The translations under genes and the position numbers were made by a program. A DNA stretch of 64,000 bases, taken from positions 3,100,001 to 3,164,000 of the forward strand of contig OZ234494.1 in the NCBI GenBank assembly GCA_965153455.1, in the 5' to 3' direction. The DNA is from Sphagnum compactum (Eukaryota). Below the pieces are notes generated by a model. The model was given only the letters and a program-made list of their open reading frames with translations. It was not told the origin of the DNA and made no database searches. Shown here piece after piece: positions 1-33,779 of this stretch. The stretch's first letter is position 1. The number at the start of each line of letters is the position of its first letter.

Positions 1-87
1 TATCATGTGTTCTTGTTTGACTTCAACAAAAATATTATCACAACCCTAGCCTTGAATTCACGATTAAAGCCAAAGGCATGAAAACGC

Positions 88-1398
88 CTACAGTTGACGC
101 CCCATGAATTTCCCACTCCATCCAATAGCTTGACGAGCAAAAGTGTATGCACTTTGTAATCGAACATATGGTGCATAATCATTTCTTCCATGAACTTCTG
201 CTGCAAATGCTAAGATGTGAAAGCGACACCAATACAAAAACCTGTTTAATGCACATGATATAGTACCAAAAGGCCCACCCAATGCGCTCTCTAGGCCTCC
301 AATCCGGAATAAATCCAACTCACTATAAAGTCAACGTCCATCAATCACCATCTCTATATGGACAGTAACCTCAACCCTGATGCCTAAAATGCGTCTACTC
401 AATACATCTTTTGTCATTGCTACCCAACGCTCCATCAAATCCTGGAGCTGGCTTCGCCTAGTACGCATTGTGCGCATAGTAGCTGGCATGTCATTTAACA
501 TTTGCCTCTGTATCACAGAAAGAATATCATGACACAACACCTGATAAACCTTGACCTTAATTATATGTGAGTCAATAATTGGTCTAAAGTCCAAAGACCC
601 ATAGCCTTGCACATTGCACATCTCGTGCACAGTGCTTTCCTTGAACCTCCGCGCCTCGCATTGCATTTCACTAAATTTGTAAAGCTGCAATCCACCTATA
701 GGAAATTGGACCCCATAATCAAACATATTTTTCTTTGTTGGAACAGAAGAACCCATCTCTGCACGATATCGTTGTATGAAACGATCAATCATGGGCTCTG
801 CATCCGGAATCTCCCATTTCATCCCAAAGAATGAAACCCGACATACTCTGGCACCTAAAGAGTGTAGAGCATCTGACATGGCCGAAATATGAACATTAAC
901 TTGGTTCCGTGATAGTGTTAAACTATCAGGACTACAAGTTAATGTCATACCGAAATCCCGGCGCAAAATATTCACCAAATCGTCTTTGAATGCAGCCCTC
1001 TCATGCTCATCACTCCCAGCATACACCTCCACCACTATGGGGTCGGAAATCACGTGAAACCAATCATGAAACTCTGGAAGATCCCTCACCGACACCTTCC
1101 GATTCGCCGGGCGAGCCATAATCCTAAACAATGCTGGTAAATCCCTGGTAAGCATCTTGAAACAAGCTGCATCAAGATCTATATACTTTGGATCATTGAT
1201 CTCCAGATATTCTAATAAATTAGTGCAAGGTCCACTGAGAGGCAGAAACCGAACAAGGGGAGCAGGTATTGCACTAGCGAGGGGTGTACGAGTATACAAA
1301 CGCCTCAAAGTGGAAGTCGGGTGGACAGAAATATTTGACGCATGCGTCTGTGTTATAATATGCTCTGCAAGACGACTGATAATATTAACAAGAGGCAT
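88..1398 (-). pseudogene. Intronless orphan ORF (355 aa, continuing in frame past one TGA for about 80 more codons); probably from an unclassified mobile element
   Basis: ORF 331-1398 and ORF 88-318 share one frame, separated only by the TGA at 333-331. There are no introns and the region is more GC-rich than the neighbouring intergenic DNA. I recognise no protein family. Confidence 0.5.
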
Positions 1399-1414
1399 AT
1401 TGTAAAAAATCTAC

Positions 1415-1705
1415 AAAAGCCAAATCTCAAATCCACCAAATGCCAAATATATTTACAAAACCAAATCTTAAATCTATCAAATGCCAAACTCAAATCTATC
1501 AAATGCCAAATATACAAAAAATGTACAACTATCAAAATGCAAAGTCTTTCAAATGACAACTATCTCCATACATCAAATGCAAAATATCTCAAATGACAAC
1601 TATCAATGTACACTAAATGCCAAATGTAAAAAATGTACCACTACCAAATGCAAACTATATCAAATGACAACTATCAATGTACACCAAATGCCAAATGTCA
1701 AACTT
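1415..1705. repeat. Degenerate short-unit tandem array (CAAATGCCAAAT / ATGACAACTATC motifs)
   Basis: These motifs recur many times immediately 5' of the orphan ORF start. Confidence 0.75.
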
Positions 1706-1719
1706 TATTTTTTTCTACT

Positions 1720-2883
1720 CTAGAAACCTTCTACCTTCGTCTTCTTTTTTTTTCTCACTCGACATACCAGCTGTTTTCTATTTTTTTTTTGTAGCGCTGG
1801 GAGCACCTTTCTCTCCTTTCTCTAATGCACTAAGCCTTGATTTTTTTGACTCACTTTACCCACTTCTCTATGCAAAAAATCTCTTGTTGCAACCCCACTT
1901 TGTCCAAGTGTGGGGGTGAAGCCCAACATTTGGAAAAGTTGGAGGTTTGGAGTCCTCCGGGACTCCCGAATGTTCAGAGCTCGACAGCAAGGCCGAAAAC
2001 ACCTCGCATTGGGGTGTTCTTGATGTTATTGGAAAGGTCTTAAAACGTAGATATCGAAAATGGCCTCGCATTGGTCATTTGGGCTTCTGCAGCCCAAGTT
2101 ATGGGCAAAAGAAGGGCCGGGAGTCAAACTGGCAGTTTGACTCCCGACCACTAAAAGTCGAGAATCGACCTCTTCCCGACATCCGATTTGAGAGTGCGAC
2201 ATGTCGTTGGAAAGATCTCGACGAGGGCTACAACTTTGGTTTAGACCTCGTTGCGATCGGACTCTGAAGTCGGGAGTTATGGCCGTTCAAAGTTTCGGGA
2301 GTCCAGCCGGGACAATTTCGGGACTCCATTTCGGGAGTCCCAACAAAATGTGCCATTTGGATGTAGCCTCCACGGCGAGCTGCAGAGATAACTATAAGGG
2401 GGAAGGTGGTGGCTTCCCCCGAGTCCGGGCCGTGGTGAGTCTTGTGTGTCCAAGTGCCCGTGGCAAGTCCCAACACCAAAGGGTGTCCCGAATGCTAAAC
2501 TAACCTCTCGTGGTTGGTTTTTGGATGCAGATTCAAGCTTGATCATCTAGTCCCTCTTCCTAGTCTAATCCCGGGGCTTCCAACTCGACCCTCTACCCCT
2601 TACTAGAGTTGGAAGTCGGGAGCGTGCCTTTTGGTCTTAATTTTCCGCAACTTCACATTGGTGAACCCTCAAGTGGGTTCACCTCGGGACCAAGGAGCGC
2701 GTCATCTCTCCTCCTTCTTAGCTTTCTTCTTCTTCCTAACTAGTTTGGTAACCGAGCATGATTATAATTTCATTTGGTTCCCTTCCACCTTAGCTGATTT
2801 TGCCTATGCCTAGTATAGATCCCATGGTGAAGGATCTTTCAACATTTGGAGAATGAAATCATCATCAAGTTTAATTAATTCAT
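1720..2883 (-). pseudogene. Decayed lysine-rich ORF interrupted by the solo LTR
   Basis: Removing 1885-2704 and one TSD copy gives one continuous frame: HELIKLDDDFILQMLKDPSPWDLY*A*AKSAKVEG...KKKKAKKEERFFA*RSG*SESKKSRLSALEKGEKG...EDEGRRFLE*. The internal stops are TAG/TAA. Confidence 0.45.
1885..2704. mobile_element. Solo LTR of an LTR retrotransposon (820 bp)
   Basis: GC-rich block starting TGTTGC and ending GCGTCA (TG...CA, imperfect inverted termini). It is flanked by an exact 5-bp duplication TCTCT (1880-1884 and 2705-2709) and has no internal gag/pol. Confidence 0.85.
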
Positions 2884-5289
2884 GAAAGGAAAGGAGGCCA
2901 TTGATTAAAATAAATATTTTCACAAACTTTCATTGGTTAAAAAAAAAAGAGTTTAAAGAGTGATCTTATGGGTACATCTTTAAATCTATTGTCTATTGTT
3001 TGTGTTAGAGAGGGAAAAATTTTTATGTAAGAAATAATGTGTGAACAGGAAAAACAATTTGGTATACCTATGTATGTGTGTTGTTCATGAGAACAAAAAT
3101 GTGTATAAGTAAAAAAACATGGAAGAACATTATGTGTAATAAGAAGTGATAGTTGAAATAGTTATGAAATAATTTTATGAACAATTTTTTGGACTTCTAG
3201 TGAAAATAATTATTTCTCCTAAATTTAGCATTGAATTTGTTTCAAACTTCAAATCGTACTATTATATAATTTGAACAATGTTCTCACAAAATTTAAGCAT
3301 CATTCGACCTTTTGTTAAAAGAAAAAGGTCCATGGTCATTTTCCCTCAATGTTGTCAATGTAGTTCTCGAATTTAGAAAAAAATTTAATTATAAAAAAAA
3401 CCTTATGAAGTTTAATGTGAATGTTGTTTTTGAAATTACTTTTTAGAACTTTTTTACATGTTAAATTTGAAAGTTGTATGAAGACATTCTAACAATTTGA
3501 ACGAGAGGGTCAAATTAATTATAAATAACGAACTTTCAATTAAACATCAACATGATACTTATTCATACCTTACCATGACCAATTATGATTATTTCAATAT
3601 GTTTAATAATAATTAAGTGAACACACAACACGATAAATTTTTTCATATGCTCATTAAATGTTATTGAATCACATTTTAATTTGTTAAAATACAATTACAC
3701 GGTAGTTTCACCCTCAAAATATTTTTGAGAGTTCCATCTTTTTCAACTTGAAAATGTGCAAAAAATCCTTAAAGGATACTACAAGTTAATCTTAGGCTAT
3801 TCCACCTTATTTTATTTTACCTTTAAATATTTCAACTATCTCAGGTTATTATTAATTATTTTGAGTTATTGCACCTTAAGTTATTTTAGTTTAAGCCATT
3901 ATTATTTATTTTAGATTGATTTACTTTAAATAATATTTTATATTATTTTGGACTATATAAATTATTTAAATTTATTTTAGACTATTTAAATTTAATTTAT
4001 TATAAAAATTGTCTTATATGTTATTTCAGGCTAAGTTTGAAAAAAATAACAACATGCAAAACATGTGAGAGTATAACAAAGTTATTTTTTTTCTTCTAAA
4101 TGATAAAATAACAATGTTCAGTCACAAATATTGTCGCAATGATTAGGTGGTGGATATATGATTGATTTTAATTATAAACCATTGAAATAAAAAACCAATT
4201 AAGTTTGTGAATAAAAATCCTTTTGAAAAATCCTTTTTATTTTCATGAGGTATTTTCATTAAATAAAAATGAAAGAACTAGTAAAATTATATTGAAACCA
4301 AATTAGAGGTGTATGTGGATCAATGAATCAACTGTTTTGTTGATGATTCACTGTGTTTCACACTAGGTTCGTTTTTAAATAAATATTTTTTTTCACAAGA
4401 ATTATTAAAAGATGAAACACAAATTGGGGGAACATGTTTTTACGTAATGAAACATATAAAACATTATAAAACATCTGTAAAAAAAATGAAAGCATAGATT
4501 TTATTTTGAGAAATGTTATTATAAACCCTATTAAAACCTTTGATATTTGCAAATGATAATTCATTAGTTTATACAAATCAATATTGCGAATTTTGTTTTC
4601 AAATGTAATTTCCCATTTTTATTTTTATTTTATTTTCTATTATGATGTTTTTAAAATGTGATTTCTGTCATGGTGACAAGAGGTGGACAAGCACCTCGTG
4701 TAAGTCAATTTGTTTTTATGGGTTATGGTTTTTCTTCCTACCTAAATCTTGCACCATCTTTTTGTTTGATTCACTAGTTATAATCAATTACATAACATTT
4801 GTCATAATCATAGATATTAGTATTGGTGTGCATTATATGTTTGATAGACGACGTAAAAAAAGTGTTTTGGATTACCAAAAATTAAAAAAGGTGCGAAAGC
4901 ACATGGATAGAATAATGTGAATGACTAGTGTAGCACGAAAATGTAGTGCCGCAATTTTGAAACAAACACGAAATCAACAAGTTTAGACAAAAAAAAAATC
5001 CCTTTGGAAGCAAACATTTTTTGTTAATTTTTTAGGGGATCACATTGAAATATACAAAAACAACATGTAGTAGACAAATCTTGGTGTTTTTCATAATTTT
5101 TTAGAATTATAATAATACATATCATTTAAAAATAATAATTTCATAACACAAATTTATTTTTGTTTTGTTTTTCCCATGTGTGATCATGTGTCCATGTCCA
5201 AATAAATCAAATCATGAATTTTTTAATTATTAAAATATGTCATGCGGACCAATTAAAAGTGTTGAAAATATTCATTTGAATGTTCATAA

Positions 5290-5760
5290 CCTAGGGTATA
5301 ATATTTAAAAATATGATAAAGTAAAATGAATTAAATAACATTGAATATCTTAGGGTCAAATAATTTATAATAATTTAAAATAATTAATAATAGCTTAAGT
5401 TGAAATAATTTAAAATTACCTAAGGTCAAATAATAAAAATAGTCAAGAATGACTTAATGTAGAATAACCTATAATAAATAAACATATAACTTAAAGTATA
5501 AGTTTGAATAACTTATTATAAATTAAAGTGTAATAACCTATAGTAATTTAACATATAACTTATAATATAACTTTAAATAACCTATAATATCTTAAGGTGT
5601 AATAACATGTAGTAAATAATATATAGCTTAGGTTATAACATTGAATAACTTATAAGAACTTAGCACATAGTTTAAAGTATAACCTTGAATAATTTATAAA
5701 ATTCAATGTGTAACCTAAATTACAATATATTGTAATAATATTAAAAATATCTAAAATAAT
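5290..5760. repeat. AT-rich degenerate low-complexity repeat (AATAACCTA / AATAACTTA units)
   Basis: Recurring aataac(c/t)ta motifs. A similar reverse-complement tract lies at about 3790-4030. Confidence 0.5.
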
Positions 5761-8434
5761 AGCAATGTTTTTTTACTATAATGGATTACTTCAATTAATA
5801 ATAAATTATATTAATTAATAATGAAACATGATTACATAATGACTTTATAATGAAAATAACTTTATCTAAGGTGAAATGATTAAGGTGAAATGAATTTATT
5901 TCACCTTTAATGTGCCATAATGATTTAAAATAAAAAACTACATTTCATTTTTGTATTAATGATGGTTGAATTAGAACTATTGGATGAATGGAAACTCCAA
6001 GATTTGGAAAAATATTAATTAATGAATGGTGAGTTAAGAACTATGAACATTGATAGTATATTCATAATAAAAAAATAAATAAAACTTTGTATAAAGATGA
6101 ATGAAGCATTAATGAAAAGCTTCTTGATGTCATTTCTTGAAAAGGAAGGGCATATAAAGAAAACAGATAATAACTTTATATTTTTTAAAAATGATATTAT
6201 AAAATATCATGCAATGGATATATCATCACCATGTGCATATACTTTCTGCTCCTCCTCCATATGGATCCTCTCACATGAGACGAAAACATTCAAGTTTAAA
6301 ATCATCTCAACAATATGCAAATTATGCATGCAAGAACATTTTTTTTGCTTTTTATAGATGATATTAAGAATACTCATTTAAAAGTCTAACTCATTGGGTC
6401 ACATATTTTTTTCTGTGCCCATGGACACACCAAAAATATATTTTAATAAAATTTCATTTAATGAAAAATACACTCAATAATTATACATTAATGAAATGAA
6501 GGAGGCAATTGAGGTCCATTAAAAGCATAGGGAAACCAAAATATAAAGTTTTGGATGAAACAACTAATTTAATTCACATCCATATTTATCCGCCATGAAT
6601 GAAATTTATCAATTATTGTCAAATTTATATCCAATAAAGAGAGTTTATCCACCATTATTTAGTTTCATCCATGATGGACAAAATTCATTCACCATTAATC
6701 ATTTTTCTTCCATAACAAATAATTGAGGTGCTTAAAAAGATTCCTTGAATAATGCACAATGTGATTTCCAAATGTATATAAATAAAAATATTGCATTAAT
6801 TACATTCATTTTGGCATTTATAACACCAATTTGTAGTACAACTTTTCTATTCAACCTTGTTATTTTCCACATTTCAATATTCAATATACACATTTTCACA
6901 CCCTAAATGTTTATGTCATTACTACTACCAAAATATGTATTCTACCTTGAACAAAATCTACAAAGGTTCCACAATCTTGGAGGTGGCATAATAAAAGGAA
7001 AACGACTTATTCATGCATTCGAAAGATTGCGTTCTAATGTAAACTTGCAAGTTAGACATTATTATTGATTAAAGTGACAATAATTGGTGGCCCTACTTTG
7101 GCTCATACTTGTTCCTTGAAAAGATTTCCATAAGGTTTAATTGTCTAAAAAACCTTTTGAAATAACTTCATAAATACATAGCATCAATAATAATGACGTA
7201 TGAAATTCATTCAAAATGTTGAATTCATTTTATGAATGATGAACAACAGGACATGAACTATCATACATGATATCCTAATAACTTCTTTTTAAAAAGGTCA
7301 TAAATACTTTAAGGGGGTTCCTAAGTGTGAGTAGTGAAAATGATTCCTCCCTTTAACAATAACAATTCGTTATTCTTTGCAAAAACAAGCTCATGATTTT
7401 TCACATGTTCACAAGAATTATGCATGAAGGTATAAAATTCAATCTTAATGACTTTCTCTAAATAGTGAATTAAGTTTTTTCTTCACAAGAACAAGCTTCT
7501 ACCATTCTAGTACCATTCTAGGTTGACTAATAGTTATGGGTATGGCTACTTCTTGCCTTCGAACTTGCTTGAAAGCCACCCATTCCCGCTTCTAATCCAT
7601 TACTCATTAGTGGTAGTTCAACTATAATCTTGCTCTTGGACTTCAATCATAAAACAATTAATCTAAGACCAATGTCCTTCATTTCCACATTTCCCTTCTT
7701 ATTTCTTTTTCTTCTAACATAGTTTGCTAGGTTCATATCATTTCATTCTCAATGTAGACAATATGTTATGACAACAAATCTCTATCATAAGGAATTAGTT
7801 GTTGATTTGTTACTAAGGCACTATATATGATTGGTTGCATCTTAAGAAAACTCTCTTGTTGTGGGAAATGAAATAAAATCTCTAATCAACGCTCATTTGA
7901 CATAATTAGAGAGAAAAGAAGTGTGAGAAAAGAAGCGATTCATGCATTTAAAGTACATGGAGATCCAAGTGCTTCAAACTACTAAGTCTCTATGTTGTTA
8001 CATGATCCACAAGTTGTTGTGTTTACGAATTTAACTCATCTTGCATTGTTGTTTCTTATTTCTTCGTTGTAGCTTTTCATAGAGATCATCACATTAAGGT
8101 TGCATGATCACAAATTGGAGCTAGGAAGAAACAATGAACAAACATCTTCACACATTTGGTTTGAGATTTTAAGGGTTAAGTAATTGAGTTTTTGGAACTT
8201 CATCAAGAGATGAAGGACGACATCAAACAACTTTCAACCAAAAAACAACTTCATTCTAGAGGATGCACTTGTACATCTATCTACTATCATGATTTAATTT
8301 TCAGGTTGCTTCAAGACTTTTTGTGCATTCATCAAATCGTAAATCACACCATGACATTCAAGTGAGAAAAAGATCTCATACCTTCTTCTCAGGGAGGAGT
8401 AGAGTTCTTCTTTCATGATTTCTTCCTTGTACTT

Positions 8435-9000
8435 CATGAAGAAATCTGCAAGCAACAAAAATTCTGTAAGCATACATGAAGATCTTTGAACCTAAATTTT
8501 CTTAGCCCTGACACACCTCATTGGGAAGAAGAAGAAGAAGAAGAAGAAGAAGCAGCAGCAGCAGCAGCTTTGAAATGACAATGCCAGATCGTCCAAATAG
8601 GTGCTGAAGAGCTACAAAGATTTGTCTCTCCGGGTAACCTTTTAATCAGGCATTCCAGAAAATCTGCAAAGCAAGAAGAAATCTGCAAGAACATGTATGC
8701 AGATTGAAAGCTAGATCATTTGTTGAGAGCAATTTTTCTCAACCATAACACTTCAGTGGGAAGAAGAAGAACAACAACAGCAACAAGATTTCAAACAAAT
8801 CCACTCCTCTTATACCAACAGACCCAAAAAGATTTTTTCTGTCCAGGTACCTAACCTTGCAAGCAAAGCATTGTAGATACATCTGCAAGCAACAAGATGT
8901 ATCTGCAAGAGCATCTAAAAAGCAGATTGGAACCTTAAATCATTCTTGAGAGCAAATTTCTGTCAACCCTAAGACCTCAGTAAGAAGAAGAAGAAAAAGA
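8435..9000. repeat. Three diverged ~230-bp direct repeats upstream of SMG1, each containing a GAA tract
   Basis: The pattern atctgcaa(a)gcaa...caacc(c/a)taa..c(c/t)tcagt..gaagaagaag recurs near 8440, 8660 and 8880. Confidence 0.65.
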
Positions 9001-9558
9001 GTTTCAATCGAGAGCTTCAGTACCTGCAGAAATCCATAGCCCTCGCTGAAGCTCCTGCAACATCATGATGATGTTGATGATGATGAGAAGATCGATTTTC
9101 CTGGAGCATTCGGAAGGTTCTTCTTAGGGCTCCGCCCCGCCTGGAAGAATTTTGATGAAGTTAGGTCGCAATCAGCTGCTGCAAGCTGCTACTACACTCC
9201 TCCCTCCATCCGCACTGCATGCATGCAGGTCATCCAGATGCAGCAAAGAAAGATCGCTTGAATCCTTGTCTAGTGGGGTTGTTGTCTTGTCTTTTAGGGT
9301 TTTCATTTTTCTTGCGTGTCGCTGGAGGTTTATTGTTGTGTGCGTGTGTGCATGACGTTGTTAAGGGCATAAGCAGAAGAAGAAGAAGAAGAAGAAGAAG
9401 CTGAATTGCTGCTGCTGCTGTTGTCGTTGTTCGATGCGTAGAGAACACGGTGGAAAGCAAGGTGTTGGATTACATGCAGGCTGTAAGTGTGACGAAGGTG
9501 GGAAGGGGTGTGAGAAACAAAAGACACAAGAAGTCGAAGATCAAACAGGGTGGAGCGC

Positions 9559-27871
<18,313 letters not shown>

Positions 27872-29737
27872 GAGAGGCAGCAGGGGCTCCAAAGTTCTGA
27901 GGGAACAAGATCTGAAGCAGACCTTCTGATCCACTTTGAGGGAAGTTGAAAATCAATTATTGGAGGTGCAGGTGTTTGCTTTTGTGTGCCATTGTCAGCC
28001 CCAAAGGTAAAAGACTGGAACTGAGCATATGATCACTTGAGTTGCATTGAGAGGATATGATGGCTTTAGTTGTTTACTTTAGTGTTAATTGATGACCCAC
28101 TCACCCACACTAGAATATCATATCAATTATGTTTCTGAATGAAAGAGATGGAAGTTTCATCCCAGGAGCTTTATATATGTTGACTTGTTAAAAACAGCTA
28201 GTTCAGTGTGTGCAGGATTACATTTGAAGCCAATGATAATCCAACTGTTAGCACCCAATTTGGTTGATCCTCAAGGCTGTGCTTTTCAGTTGAATCAGGT
28301 AAGCGCACAATCAGATTTCCAAGTCCAGGAAAATTGCAGAGCCCAATGTTTGGAGACTTAAAATGGATGCCTGTCGTGAAGCCTTTTTCCTTATTACAAA
28401 CTTTGACAAGAGATTGTTTTCCATTATACACAAGCATTCTACTGAAGTGGCTGGTGGACTCCAGGGGTTTGGTACAAGGAAAATGCAAAGTCCTGAAGGT
28501 GTGAATTGCAACATGTTGAAGTGGAGATTGAATTGCAAGCAAAACAGTACCTTCGCGCCTATTATTTGATGCCTGTACCTCATGGATGGTATGATAACAT
28601 ACATTGATAGCATGGGCACAGGGTACTTCCAAAGTTTTTCATTTGAATCCTGCAGTATTGGCCAAATCTACTCCGAGTGCATTCCATGCACCAATTTTTC
28701 CTTGTGGTGGGCACACAATCAATAACATATCAGGAGCTGCAACCAAGAGCTACATATCAACTCCTGCTCAAGCACATTACACCTTGGAGATTTTACTTTA
28801 AGTGTTTTTTCCATCAAGCAGAAATGTACACATTTATGGGATAGTTAGTATACGTGGCATTGTATGGCAGGGAAGGATCTAGTGATTCTTCGTTAAATGT
28901 TTTTGGAAGCAGTTCTTAGTCATGGTGGGACTTATTATGTGTAGATTTCTGTGAAATGACTTGATCTCTCATACCCAATCTTTCAAGCTGAATGGTTGGA
29001 TGAGAAGCTGTCATATTGATTGGTGATCTATGATCAGGATGCCAAGGAGATAATGTACGCACAAGTTAGCTGAATGTCATCATCCCTTTTAACATGATAT
29101 TTGTCAGTGTTGAAAGGTTGTACCACCAATAATTGAGTGCCATACCAAATGTGCATCACCACTATAGAAGAGTAGAATTGAGATGACCCACAGGCAAATA
29201 GGTAAACTGCTGGAAGTGGATGGTTTCTTTCCAATTATCAATAAAGCCAATCCTCCATGAGAGTGAATCATTATGCATCACTTACTTAAAAGAGGCCTCA
29301 TCCATGTATACCCCCCCCCCCAAATGCTCTTAAGACTCATAAAGACCTGCATCTTGGCAAGAGCCAACCTGATCATAGTACATAGAATCCATGACTGATG
29401 AAATCACAATGCTGATCCTCTGAGGTTACAGCATAAAACGTATTGATGCAGGCAGCAGTCATCCCACCACAACTTTTTAGACCAGTGGAATGGCCTTACA
29501 AGGTACCTGTGGTTTGGGTAATAACAGGTACCTGAAGCTCCCCCCCCCCCCCCCTCTCTTCTTATGCTGCCACTACAGAAAATCCTACTAACTGACTCCA
29601 CACTAAGAGAAGAGGAATTATATATCCTCTTTTAACTCTCAGTCCTCGCCCATTGGCCCTGTTTATGTCTATGTGGTTGTGCTTTCTCCACAATTCACAA
29701 CAGAATACAGTAAAACACCATAGCCTGGGCATAATCC

Positions 29738-31807
<2,070 letters not shown>

Positions 31808-32689
31808 TTCTTCTTCTTCTTCTTCTTCTTCTTCTACTTCGTCTCTTTGTTCGTCTTTCCCCCTTCTCTTCCTCCTCCTCCTCCTCCTCCACTGCCTCCA
31901 CTCGTTACTCCTCCGTCACCCAACTAACGAAGGACGTACAAACACCTGTCCCTCAGGCGTTGAAGTAGAATCTACGCTACTCCTCTTCGTCGTCTTCTTC
32001 TTCTTCTTCTTCCGGGAGCGCTCCGCAAACTCCCCTACCACAACAAACACACAAAAAACCGAAGAGGGACAACAGAGCGCCAAGCCCTAACTTTGCTGTG
32101 AAAAACAAAGGGAGCATTTGACGGTCAGGATGTTTCTGGTAGCAGCCCGAAGCTTCAGATCCGAGTAAATAGTTTGACAAAAAATTTCAACGACCAGGAT
32201 ATTTCCGAGCGGTAAGTAGCACCAATCCGAGGGTACGTAGTCAGACAAAAGGGGTAAAAATCTGACGGCCAGGATTTTCTATTGACTTTATTATTATTAT
32301 TATTATTATACCGTTAACGGCCCAAATTTTTTGTTGTTACCATTTATTACTATTACCGTTCATGAATTTCTAAAAGCTCTGTGTAAAAGATGGGTAAAAA
32401 ATTGGGTGGACAAGATGGGGATTTTTAAAACTTTTTTCAATTATCTTAATTGAAAATTTATTTAAAACATAAGCTATTTACTTGCCTCATTTGGTCACAA
32501 AATGCAATTAATTTTTTATTTTTTTTTCCACTTCTAAATGGCCTAAAATAAAAACTAAAAAAAAAGACAAATACAATTAAATCCATCAAATGTTCACAGG
32601 GGTGTTTTTTAATGGATTAGCATATGCATTTTATAAATAGGTAAATAAATAAATAAATAAGGTTAAATAGTTTCCCCTTTACACACTAT

Positions 32690-33178
32690 AACTCAGGTTC
32701 TGGTTCTGGAAAGCAAACCTGGTTTCAGACCTGGTTTCGGTTCCCATTCCAAGTAACCTGAGTTGAAGCCTGACGGTTAACTTCCGGTTAACCCCCAGTT
32801 TCCAGACATTTCCACCCCCCCCCAAAACATTATTTACAAAAAAAAAAATCCAGTTCCAGTTCCAGTTCCAGTTCCAGGTCTGGGTTCAGTTCCAGTTCCA
32901 GAACTAGATTCATTTTTCAACCCTGTTCTGATCCCCAGTTCCAGAAATCAGACCTGGTTTCCAGTTCAAGCTTCTGTATTAATTGCCGGTTAACCCCCAG
33001 TTCCAGCCCCCCCAAAAACATTTCCAGTTCCAGTGCCAGAACCAGATCTGGGCTCCGTTCTAGTTCTGGAACTAGAACCAGTTTTCAACCCTGTTCTCGT
33101 CCCCAGTTCCAGAAATCAGACCTGGTTTCCAGTTCAGTTCTTATGTTAATTGCTGGTTAATTTCGGAATGACCAGCCT
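32690..33178. repeat. CCAGTT-rich interspersed element with an internal ~200-bp direct duplication
   Basis: ggttaacccccagtt...cccccccaaaa...ttttcaaccctgttct...ccagttccagaaatcagacctggtttccagttca occurs from about 32787 and again from about 32988. Confidence 0.7.
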
Positions 33179-33204
33179 TGCTTACAATGCGTTACCCTCA
33201 ACAA

Positions 33205-33392
33205 GATGGAGCCCTCTAATTGGATGTTCGCAGCTTGGTTACAGAGCATACCTACAATCCTCGATGACACAGAGCCTTTTGAATGGATCTAAGGAGCTTG
33301 GTTACAGAGTGAAACCTGCAACCCTCAACAATCGAGAGCCTTCTGAATGGATCTAAGCAGCTTGGTTACAGTGCATAACCTGCAAACCCTTG
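33205..33392. repeat. Three-copy ~65-bp tandem repeat
   Basis: gagcc...tggat.t...g(c/g)agcttggttacag.g..aa.ct(g/a)caa appears three times. Confidence 0.75.
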
Positions 33393-33779
33393 CAAGCTTT
33401 GTGACCTAAACCTTTGCCACGTATACTGCATAATTGTGATCAGCACAACAAGACAGGACACAAAAGAACTGTCAATGCTCATTTCAACCACAGCTCATTT
33501 AAATCCATCCCCCCCCCCCCCCAAACCCCCCCTGGCTGCTTGTGTTTCTTATGCCAAACTTCGAGCTGTCTAAAGAAAACTTCTAACCTCAAGTCTTTTG
33601 AACCCACTCTGGCGAATTTGACAAAACGGTGAGGAGGAAACTCTTTCAGGACTACTAACTAAACTACAAGAGCAAATGTTTCAAGACATTTGTTATCGTA
33701 CCTAGATTGCAGCCACAGTTAATTTGTCATCTAGACTCCACAACCTGGCCGCTGCTCCTACTAAATCAACCAGTCACAG

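Noticed and set aside
1947..2546. Several 80-106 aa ORFs
   Set aside because: They lie within the solo LTR and show no recognisable domain.
28198..28632. 144-aa minus-strand ORF containing PCAHAI (SWIM-like)
   Set aside because: The upstream CxC of a SWIM finger is absent, the start is not ATG, and there is no other support.
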